64,000 bases of DNA from an uncultured Legionellales bacterium (GCA_913046215.1 CAJWRJ010000001.1:8897-72896); one strand, 5' to 3'. Shown: positions 19,125 to 29,871, counted from the first letter of the stretch. Numbers and translations: made by a program. The notes: generated by a model from the letters alone, not told the origin.

Positions 19125-20084
19125 ATGGTTAAAAAGTCAGTAAAAATGAAAACAAATGAAAAACTTAATATAGATTTTTGTGGGTTGCAATTTAATTCGC
19201 CTTTAGTTTTATTATCCGGTTGTGTTGGTTTTGGTGAAGAATATACACGCATTAGTGGTTTTTCAAATAGAGATGTTGGCGCTATATGTCTAAAAGGAAC
19301 TACCCTCGAACCTAGATTAGGTAATTCTCCACATAGAATTTCCGAGACTTATTTAGGAATGTTAAATGCTATTGGTTTACAAAACCCAGGATCTCAAGTT
19401 GTTGTTGACGAGTATTTACCAAACTTAGATTTTTCAGAAACACGCTTTATAGCAAATTTATCAGGCACAAGTATCGAAGAATACGAAAAAATAACTCGAA
19501 TATTTGATGATTCACCAATAGATGCAATGGAAATAAATATTTCTTGTCCAAATGTTAAGAAAGGAGGGCTTGAATTCGGCAATGATCCTATTATGTCTGC
19601 AAAAGTTGTTGAAGCATGTCGAAAGGCTACAAAAAAACCGCTAATAACAAAATTATCTCCAAATCAAACGGATATCGCAGAAAACGCTCGATGTTGTATT
19701 GAGGCTGGGACAGATGGTTTTGCAGTAATAAATACAATAACAGGAATGGCGATTGATATAGAGAAAAGAAAACCAGTGATTGCTAATAATCAAGGAGGAT
19801 TATCTGGTCCTGCTATTAAACCGATTGCATTACTTAAAGTGCATCAAGTTTATCAAGTTGCTAAGCATCACAAGATACCGATCATCGGACAAGGAGGCAT
19901 TACAAAATTTCAAGATGTTATAGAGTTTATAATTGCTGGGTCGACTGCCGTTGGTATAGGAACCGCATTATTCTATCAACCATTAGTTTGTTCTAAGTTA
20001 AACCAAGAGCTTACTGAGTATTTAGAAAAAAATAATATAAGTAATGTTTTAGATCTTGTTGGAACTTTAGAATTAAATATTTAA
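19125..20084 (+). CDS. pyrD: Dihydroorotate dehydrogenase, class 1 (1B catalytic-subunit-like)
   Basis: GMLNAIGLQNPG, EINISCPN (Cys base), KLSPN, INT, GGLSGPAIKP; no membrane anchor. Start may be the ATG at 19146. Confidence 0.9.
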   Translation: MVKKSVKMKTNEKLNIDFCGLQFNSPLVLLSGCVGFGEEYTRISGFSNRDVGAICLKGTTLEPRLGNSPHRISETYLGMLNAIGLQNPGSQVVVDEYLPNLDFSETRFIANLSGTSIEEYEKITRIFDDSPIDAMEINISCPNVKKGGLEFGNDPIMSAKVVEACRKATKKPLITKLSPNQTDIAENARCCIEAGTDGFAVINTITGMAIDIEKRKPVIANNQGGLSGPAIKPIALLKVHQVYQVAKHHKIPIIGQGGITKFQDVIEFIIAGSTAVGIGTALFYQPLVCSKLNQELTEYLEKNNISNVLDLVGTLELNI

Positions 20085-20114
20085 TTATTAATATTAATTG
20101 CGTTTCTTTTTTGC

Positions 20115-21566
20115 TCATCTTCGCCAGAATGCTGGTGTGAATAATACTAATAATGTAAATATTTCAAGTCTCCCAAGAAGCATTGCAATACAGAGAATCC
20201 ACTTGGCCGCGGTATTAATATTGAAATAATTATTGCTTACTTCACCTAATCCAGGACCAAGATTATTAATACATGCAGATAGTGCTGAAAAAGCAGTCGT
20301 AAAGTCTATGTCAGTTGCCATTAATGCTAAAAGAAGAACTACGAATATTACAACGTAAACAGCTAAGAAACCCCATATTGCCTCAATAATTCGATCAGGT
20401 ATCGGCTTGTCATCAAGCTTGATTGTGAATATTGCATTTGGATGAATAAGACGTTTTATTTCTCGAACTCCCTGTTTAAAAAGTAATAATATTCTAATAA
20501 CTTTTATTCCTCCACCGGTAGAGCCAGCACAAGCCCCAATAAAACATGAAAGAATTAGCAATAACGGAGTAAAACCATGCCAGCTTTGAAATTCTGTTGT
20601 TGTGAAACCCGTTGTCGTTGCAATTGAAATTGATTGAAATAAACTTTCTCTGATCATTAATTTGTAATCGTGGTAATCGCCAGCAATCAAATTATAGATA
20701 GTGCATGTTACACAAATGATCAACAGGATTTTTAAATAAGCACGAAATTCAGCATCATTAAGGTATGGTCTAAAATTTTTATTTCGAAATGAGAGGAAAT
20801 GTATACTAAAGTTTATCCCTGCTAATATCATGAAAAATATTGCTATGATTTCAATTGCGCTATTATTGAAAAAACCAATGCTTTGGTCGTGCGTTGAAAA
20901 ACCTCCGATGGAAACAGTAGAAAAACTATGAGCAACTGCATCAAAAACATCCATTCCTGCAAGAAAATATGATGCTGCGCATGCGATTGTCATCGTTAAA
21001 TATACATACCAAAGTGATTTTGCCGTTTCCGTTATTCTAGGAGTTAATTTCGTATCTTTTACTGGGCCTGGTGTCTCAGCGCGATACAGTTGCATACCAC
21101 CAATACCCAACATTGGCAGAATTGCAACAGCTAGAACGATAATTCCCATTCCTCCAAGCCATTGTAGTTCGTGTCGGTAAAATAGAATTGATTTAGGCAA
21201 ATTATCAATTCCAATAATTATTGTAGCTCCAGTTGTCGTTAATCCTGAGATTGACTCAAAAATAGCATCTGTTGGACTTAAATCAGGAAAGCTTGATAGT
21301 AGTAATGGTACGCTGCCAGTCAGTCCAAGACCAACCCAGAAAAGTACAACAATAATGAAGCCATCACGCAATCTTAAATCATTCTTATTATTTCTTACTG
21401 GCAACCAAAGGAGTAAACCGATGGACAATATTATAAGAAAAGCAAGAACAAAACTCATTAGTGAGCCATCATCATAAGCAAGGGATATCACCAAAGGAGG
21501 TATCATCGTAAAGCTAAAGAGAATAAGCAAAATTCCTAAAATTCTGAGAATTACTGCATATTGCAT
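20115..21566 (-). CDS. trkH: Trk potassium uptake membrane protein TrkH
   Basis: SGLTTTGAT, QWLGGMGII, SIGGF, TTTGF, GSTGGGIK, NNLGPG, MLLGRLEIF. Confidence 0.96.
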   Translation of the reverse strand: MQYAVILRILGILLILFSFTMIPPLVISLAYDDGSLMSFVLAFLIILSIGLLLWLPVRNNKNDLRLRDGFIIVVLFWVGLGLTGSVPLLLSSFPDLSPTDAIFESISGLTTTGATIIIGIDNLPKSILFYRHELQWLGGMGIIVLAVAILPMLGIGGMQLYRAETPGPVKDTKLTPRITETAKSLWYVYLTMTIACAASYFLAGMDVFDAVAHSFSTVSIGGFSTHDQSIGFFNNSAIEIIAIFFMILAGINFSIHFLSFRNKNFRPYLNDAEFRAYLKILLIICVTCTIYNLIAGDYHDYKLMIRESLFQSISIATTTGFTTTEFQSWHGFTPLLLILSCFIGACAGSTGGGIKVIRILLLFKQGVREIKRLIHPNAIFTIKLDDKPIPDRIIEAIWGFLAVYVVIFVVLLLALMATDIDFTTAFSALSACINNLGPGLGEVSNNYFNINTAAKWILCIAMLLGRLEIFTLLVLFTPAFWRR

Positions 21567-21594
21567 ATTTTTCCTCTTTTCTTAATATTTCAAT

Positions 21595-22968
21595 TTATAA
21601 AAATGTAATATCAACCTGAAATAATGATTCAACCTTAGCTACATGTTTTTTATTTGATACTATAAGAATTAGATGATCGTTAGCTTCAATAATAATTTTT
21701 TTCTCAACCATTAACACATTACCACCACGTACAATCGCTGCAATTGTTGTTCCTTCAGGTAATTCTATATCTTGTATTCTTTTACCAACTACTTTTGATG
21801 ATGATTCATCACCATGAGCAATTGCTTCTATTGCCTCAGCAGCACCTCTTCTAAGGGAATGCACAACTACTACGTCACCTTTTCTAACATGAGCAAGTAG
21901 ACTACCAATAGTCGCTTGTTGTGGTGAAATAGCAATATCAATTGTATTACTTTGAACTAGATCAACATAAGCAGCACGATTAATTAAAGCCATTACTTTT
22001 CTTGCACCCAGACGTTTTGCAAGCATTGATGAAATAATATTTACTTCATCTGCATTTGTTAGCGCACAAAATACATCAGATGTATCTATATTTTCCTCGC
22101 TCAATAATTCTTCATCTGTGGCATCACCATTTAAAACTATTGTATTTTTTAATTTTTCAGATGCATTTGTAGCTTTCTTTTGATCCAATTCTAATAATTT
22201 TATGTTGTATTCATTTTCTAATGATTTAGCTAAGCGGAAACCAATATTACCTCCACCAGCAATCATAATATTTTTTAAAGGTTTATCTTGTATACGAATT
22301 TGTTGTAATAATTTATTCATTGATTTTTGAGAACTGACAAAAAAGACTTCATCTTCAGCTTTTATAACAGTATCACCATTTGGTATAATTGGTTTGCCAC
22401 CACTGTATATAATCGCTATTTTATATTCTATATTTTTAAGTTTTTCTTTTAAATTACGTACAGAACAGTCTTTTAATACTCCACTGTAGGATGCACGAAT
22501 AACAACCATTTGTACTTTTCCATCAGCAAAGTCTAAAACTTGAAGAGCGCCGGGATGTTTTATTAATTTTTTAATTTGTTCTGTAACTAATCTATCAGGG
22601 CTTATTAGAACATCTACAGGTAAGGCTTCTTGCGCGAATAAAGGGTGATTTTTTAGATATTCAATTTCTCGTATTCTCGCAATTTTTGTTGGTGTATGAA
22701 AAAGTGTATAGGCAACTTGGCAAGCTATCATGTTTACTTCATCACAATTCGTAACAGCTAAAATCATTTCGGCATCCATAGCCCCAGCTTTTTCTAACAC
22801 CGATGGGTGTGAAGCAATTCCGGTAACTGTTCTCAAGTCAAAACGCTCACTAATTGCTTGTAATGCTGAAGGATTATTGTCAACTACCGTTATATCATTA
22901 TTTTCTTTGACTAAATTTGATGCTACAGATGTGCCTACCTGGCCGGCACCTAGGATTATTATTTTCAT
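21595..22968 (-). CDS. trkA: Trk potassium uptake regulatory protein TrkA
   Basis: MKIIILGAGQVG, second RCK GGGNIG, HSLRRGAAEAIE. Confidence 0.97.
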   Translation of the reverse strand: MKIIILGAGQVGTSVASNLVKENNDITVVDNNPSALQAISERFDLRTVTGIASHPSVLEKAGAMDAEMILAVTNCDEVNMIACQVAYTLFHTPTKIARIREIEYLKNHPLFAQEALPVDVLISPDRLVTEQIKKLIKHPGALQVLDFADGKVQMVVIRASYSGVLKDCSVRNLKEKLKNIEYKIAIIYSGGKPIIPNGDTVIKAEDEVFFVSSQKSMNKLLQQIRIQDKPLKNIMIAGGGNIGFRLAKSLENEYNIKLLELDQKKATNASEKLKNTIVLNGDATDEELLSEENIDTSDVFCALTNADEVNIISSMLAKRLGARKVMALINRAAYVDLVQSNTIDIAISPQQATIGSLLAHVRKGDVVVVHSLRRGAAEAIEAIAHGDESSSKVVGKRIQDIELPEGTTIAAIVRGGNVLMVEKKIIIEANDHLILIVSNKKHVAKVESLFQVDITFL

Positions 22969-24323
22969 TTCAGATTAATTCCTAGCATTTTAAGTTTTCT
23001 ATACAGGTGTGTTCTTTCAATTCCAATTTGATTTGCCAATTTGCTTACGTTACCACTTGCTTTTTCCAATTGATACATAAGATATGCTTTTTCGAAATTT
23101 TCTCTTGCATCACGTAATGGCAGATCTAAATTAAGGATTTCCGTCTCATGTTTATTTTTGCTGATTTCATTACTTCCAAGGTATGATTGAATTTCATCCG
23201 TGTTTATCATTTCTTCCGTACCAAGAATTAATAGACGCTGAACAAGGTTTTTTAATTCACTTTCATTGCCCGGCCACTTATAACCTCTTAGCAGGTTTTG
23301 TGAGGAAACACTAAACTTCCTATATTTAAATGACTCCAATTCAATAAAATAATTTACGTAATACTCAAGCATCATAGGAATATCTTCATAGTGATCACGT
23401 AGTGGCGGAATATTTATAGGTAGCACATTTAATAAATAATATAATTCATCATGAAATTTATTTTCTTTTATTAAGTAATCGAAATCATATCGAGTAGCAA
23501 CAATAATACGCATATTCATATTCATTAATTTAGAACTCCCTATGCGGCTATATTTTTTTATTTTTAATACATTAAATAAAAGCGATTGTAAGCTCGTATT
23601 AAGTTCACCTATATCATTTATATACAGGGTTCCTTGCGAAGCTTTTTCTAGTAGTCCATTGTGTATCTGGTTTTTTGTTTCGAAACCAAATAATTCCTTA
23701 TCAGCACTTTTTTGATTTAAGGTCGAAACATTTACAATAACAAATGGCCCATTAGATTTCGGACTAAGTGAGTGCAAATATCTAGCATACATTTCTTTAT
23801 TTGTTCCAGATTCTCCATGTATTAAGACACAAGCATCATGATTTGCAATTCGTGTAATTTTTGATTTTAAATCTTTAATTAATTCACTTTTACCAATAGG
23901 TTCAAGTTTTGAAACTGCAATTTGGTTTAATTTAAGATTTTCATTCTTAAGCAAAGATGACTCTAGAGCATGTTTAATTATCAGTAGCAATTTAGCAGTT
24001 GATAGTGGTTTTTCAATAAAGTCGTAGGCACCACCGCGAGTTGCCTCGACAGCTGTTTCAACATTTCCATGCCCCGACATCATTATTATTGGAACTTCAT
24101 CTTTAAAGAAATTTTTCCATTCCTTCAGTAGAGTAATTCCATCAACATCTGGCATCCAAATATCGAGTAAAATTAGATTTGGAGTGTGTGTTGCGATGAG
24201 CTCTCTAGCTTTTGATGCATTTTCAGCTGCATCAACTGTAAATCCCTCGTCTTCAAGAATTTCCTGAACTAAGCCACGTATTTCAGGCTCATCATCAACA
24301 ACAAGAATGTGTCGCTTGCTCAT
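22965..24323 (-). CDS. ntrX: NtrX-type response regulator (REC, degenerate AAA+, Fis-type HTH)
   Basis: ILVVDDE, LLDIWMPD, SGHGNVETAV, WPGN..ELKNLV, ERTHLYRK; lies downstream of an NtrY kinase. ATG at 24323 preferred over TTG at 24329. Confidence 0.88.
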   Translation of the reverse strand: MSKRHILVVDDEPEIRGLVQEILEDEGFTVDAAENASKARELIATHTPNLILLDIWMPDVDGITLLKEWKNFFKDEVPIIMMSGHGNVETAVEATRGGAYDFIEKPLSTAKLLLIIKHALESSLLKNENLKLNQIAVSKLEPIGKSELIKDLKSKITRIANHDACVLIHGESGTNKEMYARYLHSLSPKSNGPFVIVNVSTLNQKSADKELFGFETKNQIHNGLLEKASQGTLYINDIGELNTSLQSLLFNVLKIKKYSRIGSSKLMNMNMRIIVATRYDFDYLIKENKFHDELYYLLNVLPINIPPLRDHYEDIPMMLEYYVNYFIELESFKYRKFSVSSQNLLRGYKWPGNESELKNLVQRLLILGTEEMINTDEIQSYLGSNEISKNKHETEILNLDLPLRDARENFEKAYLMYQLEKASGNVSKLANQIGIERTHLYRKLKMLGINLK

Positions 24324-24352
24324 TTTCAATATATATCTTTTTCAAATATGAA

Positions 24353-26518
24353 TTACTTTAATGGTAGTTTTATTACCGCACATGCTCCGATTTTATCTTT
24401 ATTATTTTCAAGCCAAAATGTACCTGAATGCTCATCAATTATCTTCTTTACTATAGCTAACCCGAGGCCAGTACCCTTTTCTTTCGTTGTTATATATGGT
24501 TCAAGTAAGTTTTTTTCAACACTTGGATCTATTCCAGGGCCACTATCAATTATTCGTATTTCAATTTCTTCATTATCCTCAATATTCACTGTTTTAGCAC
24601 TTACTTTTAGCAAATTATTTTTACCTATTTCATTTGCATCCACGGCATTTGCTAATAGATTGTTTATTACGCGTCTAAGCTTTTTTTCATCACCGTGAAT
24701 TTTTGGAAGATTTTTCTCTATATCAATCTCAATTTTATTGTCCGAATTTATATTGCTAAATAAGTCTATACCCTCTTGTAATAAAACTGATATCTCAATT
24801 TTTTCTTCTTTAAACTTTTCTGATTGCGCGTATTCCGAAAAATCATTTACCATATCTTTCATTGTTTCAACTTGATGTATTATTGTATTCGTCATTCTAT
24901 CAAGCATTTCTGTATTATTTGATTCAGGGTTTTCTAGGTATTTATTTCTTAATCTTTCAGCTGCTAATTGAATTGGTGTAAGTGGATTTTTAATTTCATG
25001 CGCCAATCTTCTAGCAACTTCACTCCATGCTGCATCACGTTGTCCTTGAATTAATGCAGTAATTTCATCAAAAACTATTATGTATTTAGTTATTTTATTA
25101 TCGGTATTTGTTAGTGTTGAGCCATTTAGCATTAAAATTTGATTCCCAGTTTTTTCTGATAAAGTTATTTGTTCTCTCCAATCATTTATTTTATCTTTGA
25201 TATTATTTGATATACATTCAAAGAAATTAAGCAGGTTTGGAAATTCATTTATCAATTCCTCTAGATTTTTTTTATTTAAAACGCTTTTTTCCAATTGTAA
25301 TATTTGAGCGGCACTAATGTTCGATTTTTCTATTTCTCCTATATTATTAAAAACAATAACACCAGATGACAATTGAGAGAGAATAGTTTCGAGATAGATT
25401 TGCTGAGACTCTGCAACTCTCTGACTCTTTTTCACATTATCTCGCGCTTGAGATATTTTATTTGTCATTTCGTTAAAAGACGAAACTAAAAAACCAAGTT
25501 CATCATTACTTGGAATAGGAAGTTTTGTATTGTAATCACCTTTTGCAATGGCGCGAGTGCCTTCTGCTAAATTCTTTATCGGAGCCGATAAAGTTCTTGC
25601 AGAATAGAATGCTGCCCAGACGGCACAAAAAACACTAAAAAGTAAAACCAAAGTTAGTATTATTATAAAACTAAATTTAAGCTGCTCTCTTAGATAAGAT
25701 AACTCTTTATATTCAATGAATGATGTTTGTACATTTGCAGCGAGTTGATTCATCCTTTCTGAAATTGGAAATAATGCTTGTATAATTTTTTCATTATCAT
25801 TGATCCCAAGCGTTGGAATATTAGAAATAGATCTTATAAGCAAACCTTTATTTTTTATCAAATCAAGCCCTATATAACTTTTATTTTGTATTAGTTGCAG
25901 TAGTATTGTTTCTTCAGGAATATCTGGAACGAGACTTTTCGTATCACTTGAGCTTGAAACAACAATAACTCCTTTTCTAGTTAGAAGAGTCAATTCATTT
26001 GCACTTATTCGCTCTCTGATTTGATCTATATAAAATGGCAATTCATCTCTGTCAATATCACTAATTTCTTCAGCAATTTTTTCAGTAGTATTTAAAAGCT
26101 CACGCATCCTAACATCTAGTGCTAGGCGGCTTAGTTCTAGCGAATCATCAAGTGCATTTTCAACTTTTAAATCAAACCAACTATCAATACCACGATGTAA
26201 GAAATCAAGTGAGAAGTAGTAAACTATTAGCACCGGTGTTACAGATAGCAGCGAAAATAGAAGAACAATTCTTACCGTCATTCTGGAACCAATGACGCGA
26301 TTCCTTAGTTGTCGTATTAGGCGCTTTAGATTTAGAATAATTAGCGTACTAAGACAAATTAGCCCTAATGCATTGAGTAAAAGTAAAGATAAATAAAAAC
26401 GATCAAATAATTCTGAATTTTGCAGAGTTTTGCTCATCATCAAAAGCGAGGTCAACATAAAAATGAATAAGCATATGCCTATAAATGTTATCAACCTTTT
26501 ACCTTTTTTAATTTTCAT
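24353..26518 (-). CDS. ntrY: NtrY-type membrane sensor histidine kinase (HAMP, PAS, HisKA, HATPase)
   Basis: GIDSWF, DELGFLV.SFN.MT, AWSEVARRLAHEIKNPLTPIQL, DSGPG, GTGLGL. ATG at 26518 is the likely start. Confidence 0.9.
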   Translation of the reverse strand: MKIKKGKRLITFIGICLFIFMLTSLLMMSKTLQNSELFDRFYLSLLLLNALGLICLSTLIILNLKRLIRQLRNRVIGSRMTVRIVLLFSLLSVTPVLIVYYFSLDFLHRGIDSWFDLKVENALDDSLELSRLALDVRMRELLNTTEKIAEEISDIDRDELPFYIDQIRERISANELTLLTRKGVIVVSSSSDTKSLVPDIPEETILLQLIQNKSYIGLDLIKNKGLLIRSISNIPTLGINDNEKIIQALFPISERMNQLAANVQTSFIEYKELSYLREQLKFSFIIILTLVLLFSVFCAVWAAFYSARTLSAPIKNLAEGTRAIAKGDYNTKLPIPSNDELGFLVSSFNEMTNKISQARDNVKKSQRVAESQQIYLETILSQLSSGVIVFNNIGEIEKSNISAAQILQLEKSVLNKKNLEELINEFPNLLNFFECISNNIKDKINDWREQITLSEKTGNQILMLNGSTLTNTDNKITKYIIVFDEITALIQGQRDAAWSEVARRLAHEIKNPLTPIQLAAERLRNKYLENPESNNTEMLDRMTNTIIHQVETMKDMVNDFSEYAQSEKFKEEKIEISVLLQEGIDLFSNINSDNKIEIDIEKNLPKIHGDEKKLRRVINNLLANAVDANEIGKNNLLKVSAKTVNIEDNEEIEIRIIDSGPGIDPSVEKNLLEPYITTKEKGTGLGLAIVKKIIDEHSGTFWLENNKDKIGACAVIKLPLK

Positions 26519-27074
26519 ATTCCCATTCATACCAATTACTTGAAATATTCCAATCTGAAGAAAAATATGCACGGGGTCTCATGGGACTAGGTAATGAATC
26601 TATACTTAAATAAAATTTTATTCGTGCTATATAATTTTTTTTCTTATCTAATTTATTTTTATTTAATAATTTCATTTTATTTATATTGCTTATAGATTTT
26701 AAGGCATGGTCTACATTCTTGTAATAGCTTTTTATTCCAGTACTTAAGTCTGTTATTAAAAAATTTTCGGTTAAGGGTTTATGCTCTAGCTTATACTTCA
26801 ATTTTTTATTTGCTATTATATTTTTAAATAACCAATTATTTTTTGTAAATAATTCAAAATCAGCATGTATCTGGAATGAGATACCATGCAATAAAGCATT
26901 ATATGCTTCTTTTGTTAGTAAAATTTCTGAATAGGAATCTAAATAAAGAATATTATTATCATTATATATATTGGATGATTTAATATTAATATTCTTGGCG
27001 TAGCACAATTGAGCTATAAGCAGAATTACTATGGTTACAATAACCATATTTATTTTTTTTATTTCAGTAGACAT
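26508..27074 (-). CDS. DUF4390 periplasmic protein
   Basis: Signal peptide; AL..GI, L.H.PLT, LPSPMRP...W...S.W..W; rsmB-DUF4390-ntrY synteny. Confidence 0.8.
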   Translation of the reverse strand: MSTEIKKINMVIVTIVILLIAQLCYAKNINIKSSNIYNDNNILYLDSYSEILLTKEAYNALLHGISFQIHADFELFTKNNWLFKNIIANKKLKYKLEHKPLTENFLITDLSTGIKSYYKNVDHALKSISNINKMKLLNKNKLDKKKNYIARIKFYLSIDSLPSPMRPRAYFSSDWNISSNWYEWEYEN

Positions 27075-27076
27075 AC

Positions 27077-28372
27077 TTATGATTTACTAAGACATGCATA
27101 GAAGAAGCCATCCATGTTATCTTGCCCAGATAAAATTTGCTTACCATAATTAGTTTCTAAACCCCATTTTGAGGTAATTGATTTTATTTTGCATTCAGGA
27201 TGTTTTTTCGTAAATTCTTTTATTATATTAGCGTTCTCTATCTTCAGTATAGAACATGTTGCATACAGAAGAAGACCATTATTTTTTAATAAACTCCATA
27301 GTGTTTCTATAATTTTCATTTGCACTTTATTTATTTCAATTACATCTTTAGCTGTTCTTAATATTTTTATATCAGGGTTTCTGCGTATTACCCCTGTTGC
27401 TGAACAGGGAGCATCAAATAAGATCCTGTCGAATTTTTCTCCATCCCACCAATCATTAGTATTCTTAACATCATTAATTATTATCGTCCCATTTAATTTA
27501 AGTCTTTTGAAAGTTGAATATATTTTTTTTGCACGAATTTTATCTTTTTCTATTGCAACAAAATTCTTTAATTTAGGTTCTTTTTCAAGAATGTGTGCAC
27601 TTTTCCCTCCTGGAGCTGCACATGCATCTAAAACATTTTGATTGGGTTGTAAATCAAGCAATTCTGCTGCAAGTTGGGCAGAGAGTTCTTGAATAGAAAT
27701 ATCCCCTTTGTCAAAGCCTGGCAGTTTTTCAACTCCCACTGGTTTTTTGAGTAGAATACCATCAGCAGAGTGTATAGTTATATCAGCAGGAATACCTGCA
27801 TTCTTTAATTTTTTTAGATATTCTTCTCTTTTATAATGGCGCTGATTAACTCTTAGATACATTGGCGGGTGATTATTATTTGCAACAATTATTTTTTCCC
27901 AATCTTCTGGCCAATCTTTTTTAATTGCTTCTATTAACCATTTAGGGTGAGCTAATTCTATTGTTTTATCTTTATTGGGTATGGTATCAAATTTACTTGA
28001 TTCTCTAATATATCTTCTTAAAACTGCATTGACCAAATTTTTTGCCCATGGCATTTTTATTTTTTCACATACTGAAACAGTTTCTGATACGACAGCATGA
28101 TCTGGAATACGCATATATTTTAATTGATATAATCCGATAATAATAAGATATTTTAAGAGGCTATCCTTTTTTTTTATAGGCTTTTCTATAATTTGGTTAA
28201 GAATATATTCAAGTTTTATATACCATCGAAGTGTTCCATAAAGTGTTTCTTTAATTAAACCTACCTCCTTTCCTTTATATGTGATTAATTTATTATTTAT
28301 TGCAATTTTTAGAGGTATTTTTTTCTCCAAAACCTCTCTCATAATTTGGATTGTAATTACACGTGATGACAT
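27077..28372 (-). CDS. rsmB: 16S rRNA m5C967 methyltransferase RsmB
   Basis: NusB-like N-terminus, VLDACAAPGGK, DAPCSATGVIRR.PDIK, YATCS, DGFFYA. Confidence 0.96.
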   Translation of the reverse strand: MSSRVITIQIMREVLEKKIPLKIAINNKLITYKGKEVGLIKETLYGTLRWYIKLEYILNQIIEKPIKKKDSLLKYLIIIGLYQLKYMRIPDHAVVSETVSVCEKIKMPWAKNLVNAVLRRYIRESSKFDTIPNKDKTIELAHPKWLIEAIKKDWPEDWEKIIVANNNHPPMYLRVNQRHYKREEYLKKLKNAGIPADITIHSADGILLKKPVGVEKLPGFDKGDISIQELSAQLAAELLDLQPNQNVLDACAAPGGKSAHILEKEPKLKNFVAIEKDKIRAKKIYSTFKRLKLNGTIIINDVKNTNDWWDGEKFDRILFDAPCSATGVIRRNPDIKILRTAKDVIEINKVQMKIIETLWSLLKNNGLLLYATCSILKIENANIIKEFTKKHPECKIKSITSKWGLETNYGKQILSGQDNMDGFFYACLSKS

Positions 28373-28387
28373 AATTTATAAATCTAT

Positions 28388-29314
28388 TTAGTCTTCTATT
28401 AAATTTGCGTAACCATTTAAAAAGTCTTTCACTGAGATCATTTTTTTTCCCGGTAGTTGTAGTTTAGTAATCGAAAGAATATCTTTGCCTGTCATAATAT
28501 CTAGTGTTTTTTTACCGGATACAATGGTTCCTGGTTCCCGGCTGTCTTGCGAAACTTTAACTCTAGCTTCCCACACTCTAAAAGAAAAATTTTTGACAGT
28601 TGTGGATGCGACTGGTGTCGGGATGTATGCTCTAATTTTTCTCTCTAATTCTATTGCCGGTTTTTTCCAATCTAGTTCTGCTTCTATCTTAGTTATTTTA
28701 TTAGCATAAGTAACTTCTGAATTATTTTGCTCTTTTGCATTTAATTTTCTAGTTATGATTTTAGTAAGAATACGATTAATATTATCAGCACTTATTTTGG
28801 CTAATCGATCATGCAAAATAGCACTTGTATCTTTATTATTTATGGGACATGTAATTTGCTCAAAGATTGGTCCAGTATCCATACTTTTTTCCATTTGCAT
28901 AAATGAAACACCAGTCATTTTATCACCATATTCAATAGCACGTTGTATTGGCGCAGCTCCACGCCACCTTGGCAATAAAGAAGTATGTATATTTATACAG
29001 CCAAATTTTGGCTGAGCTAAAATTTTAGGAGTCAACAAAAATCCGTATGCAACAACTAGTAATAAATCATAGTTCTTCAATGAATATGATTCGAGTTCTT
29101 TTGAGTTTTTTGGTTGGAAAGTTTTTATGTTGTTTTCAAGCGCACATTTTTTTACTTCACTTTGTTTTAAATTAAGACCTCTACCAGCATGTTGATCAGG
29201 TTTTGTAAAAATGATTCCAATATCATATTTATTGGATTGTATGATTGAATTAAGAACTATTCGGGCAATTTCTGGAGTTCCCGCAAATGCCAGCTTTATT
29301 TTTTTTTGATTCAC
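28388..29314 (-). CDS. fmt: Methionyl-tRNA formyltransferase
   Basis: FAGTPE, VVAYG, NIH.SLLPRWRGAAPIQRAI, DTG. Confidence 0.96.
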   Translation of the reverse strand: MNQKKIKLAFAGTPEIARIVLNSIIQSNKYDIGIIFTKPDQHAGRGLNLKQSEVKKCALENNIKTFQPKNSKELESYSLKNYDLLLVVAYGFLLTPKILAQPKFGCINIHTSLLPRWRGAAPIQRAIEYGDKMTGVSFMQMEKSMDTGPIFEQITCPINNKDTSAILHDRLAKISADNINRILTKIITRKLNAKEQNNSEVTYANKITKIEAELDWKKPAIELERKIRAYIPTPVASTTVKNFSFRVWEARVKVSQDSREPGTIVSGKKTLDIMTGKDILSITKLQLPGKKMISVKDFLNGYANLIED

Positions 29315-29871
29315 AGTATTTTATTGAAAGGCCCATTTCTTTCTGGAATTGATTTGAAATTATCCGAACGGGCTAAGTCTATTTTTTGTTTATTGATTTT
29401 TTTTCGAAGACGATTACGTTTGAGTGGTGATAGATAATCAATGAATAGCTTGCCATCTAAATGGTCGATTTCATGTTGTATACATATAGCTAATAAACCT
29501 TCGGCTTTTGCTACAATAGTTTTCTTATTAAGTGTTTCGTAGTTATATTCGATATTTTTTGCTCTCTCAACGTTATCGAAATACTCAGGTACGGAAAGAC
29601 AACCCTCTTGGGTAATTTCTTTTCCCTCTAGTTTTGATATTTTTGGATTAATTAAGATCAGTGGGTCGTCTTTATTTTCTGATAGATCGATGACAACAAT
29701 CCTTTTTTGAATGTTAACCTGGGTTGCAGCCAATCCAATCCCTCCCTCTAAATACATTGTTTCGAGCATATTTTCAGCTAGGCTGGCTATTTCAGAATCA
29801 ATTTCCTCAATTGTGACGCCTTTCAACCGAAGTCTTTCATCCGGAAAATGTAATACTTTAAGTATAGCCAT
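29311..29871 (-). CDS. def: Peptide deformylase
   Basis: GIGLAATQ, EGCLS, QHEIDHLDG. Confidence 0.97.
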   Translation of the reverse strand: MAILKVLHFPDERLRLKGVTIEEIDSEIASLAENMLETMYLEGGIGLAATQVNIQKRIVVIDLSENKDDPLILINPKISKLEGKEITQEGCLSVPEYFDNVERAKNIEYNYETLNKKTIVAKAEGLLAICIQHEIDHLDGKLFIDYLSPLKRNRLRKKINKQKIDLARSDNFKSIPERNGPFNKIL

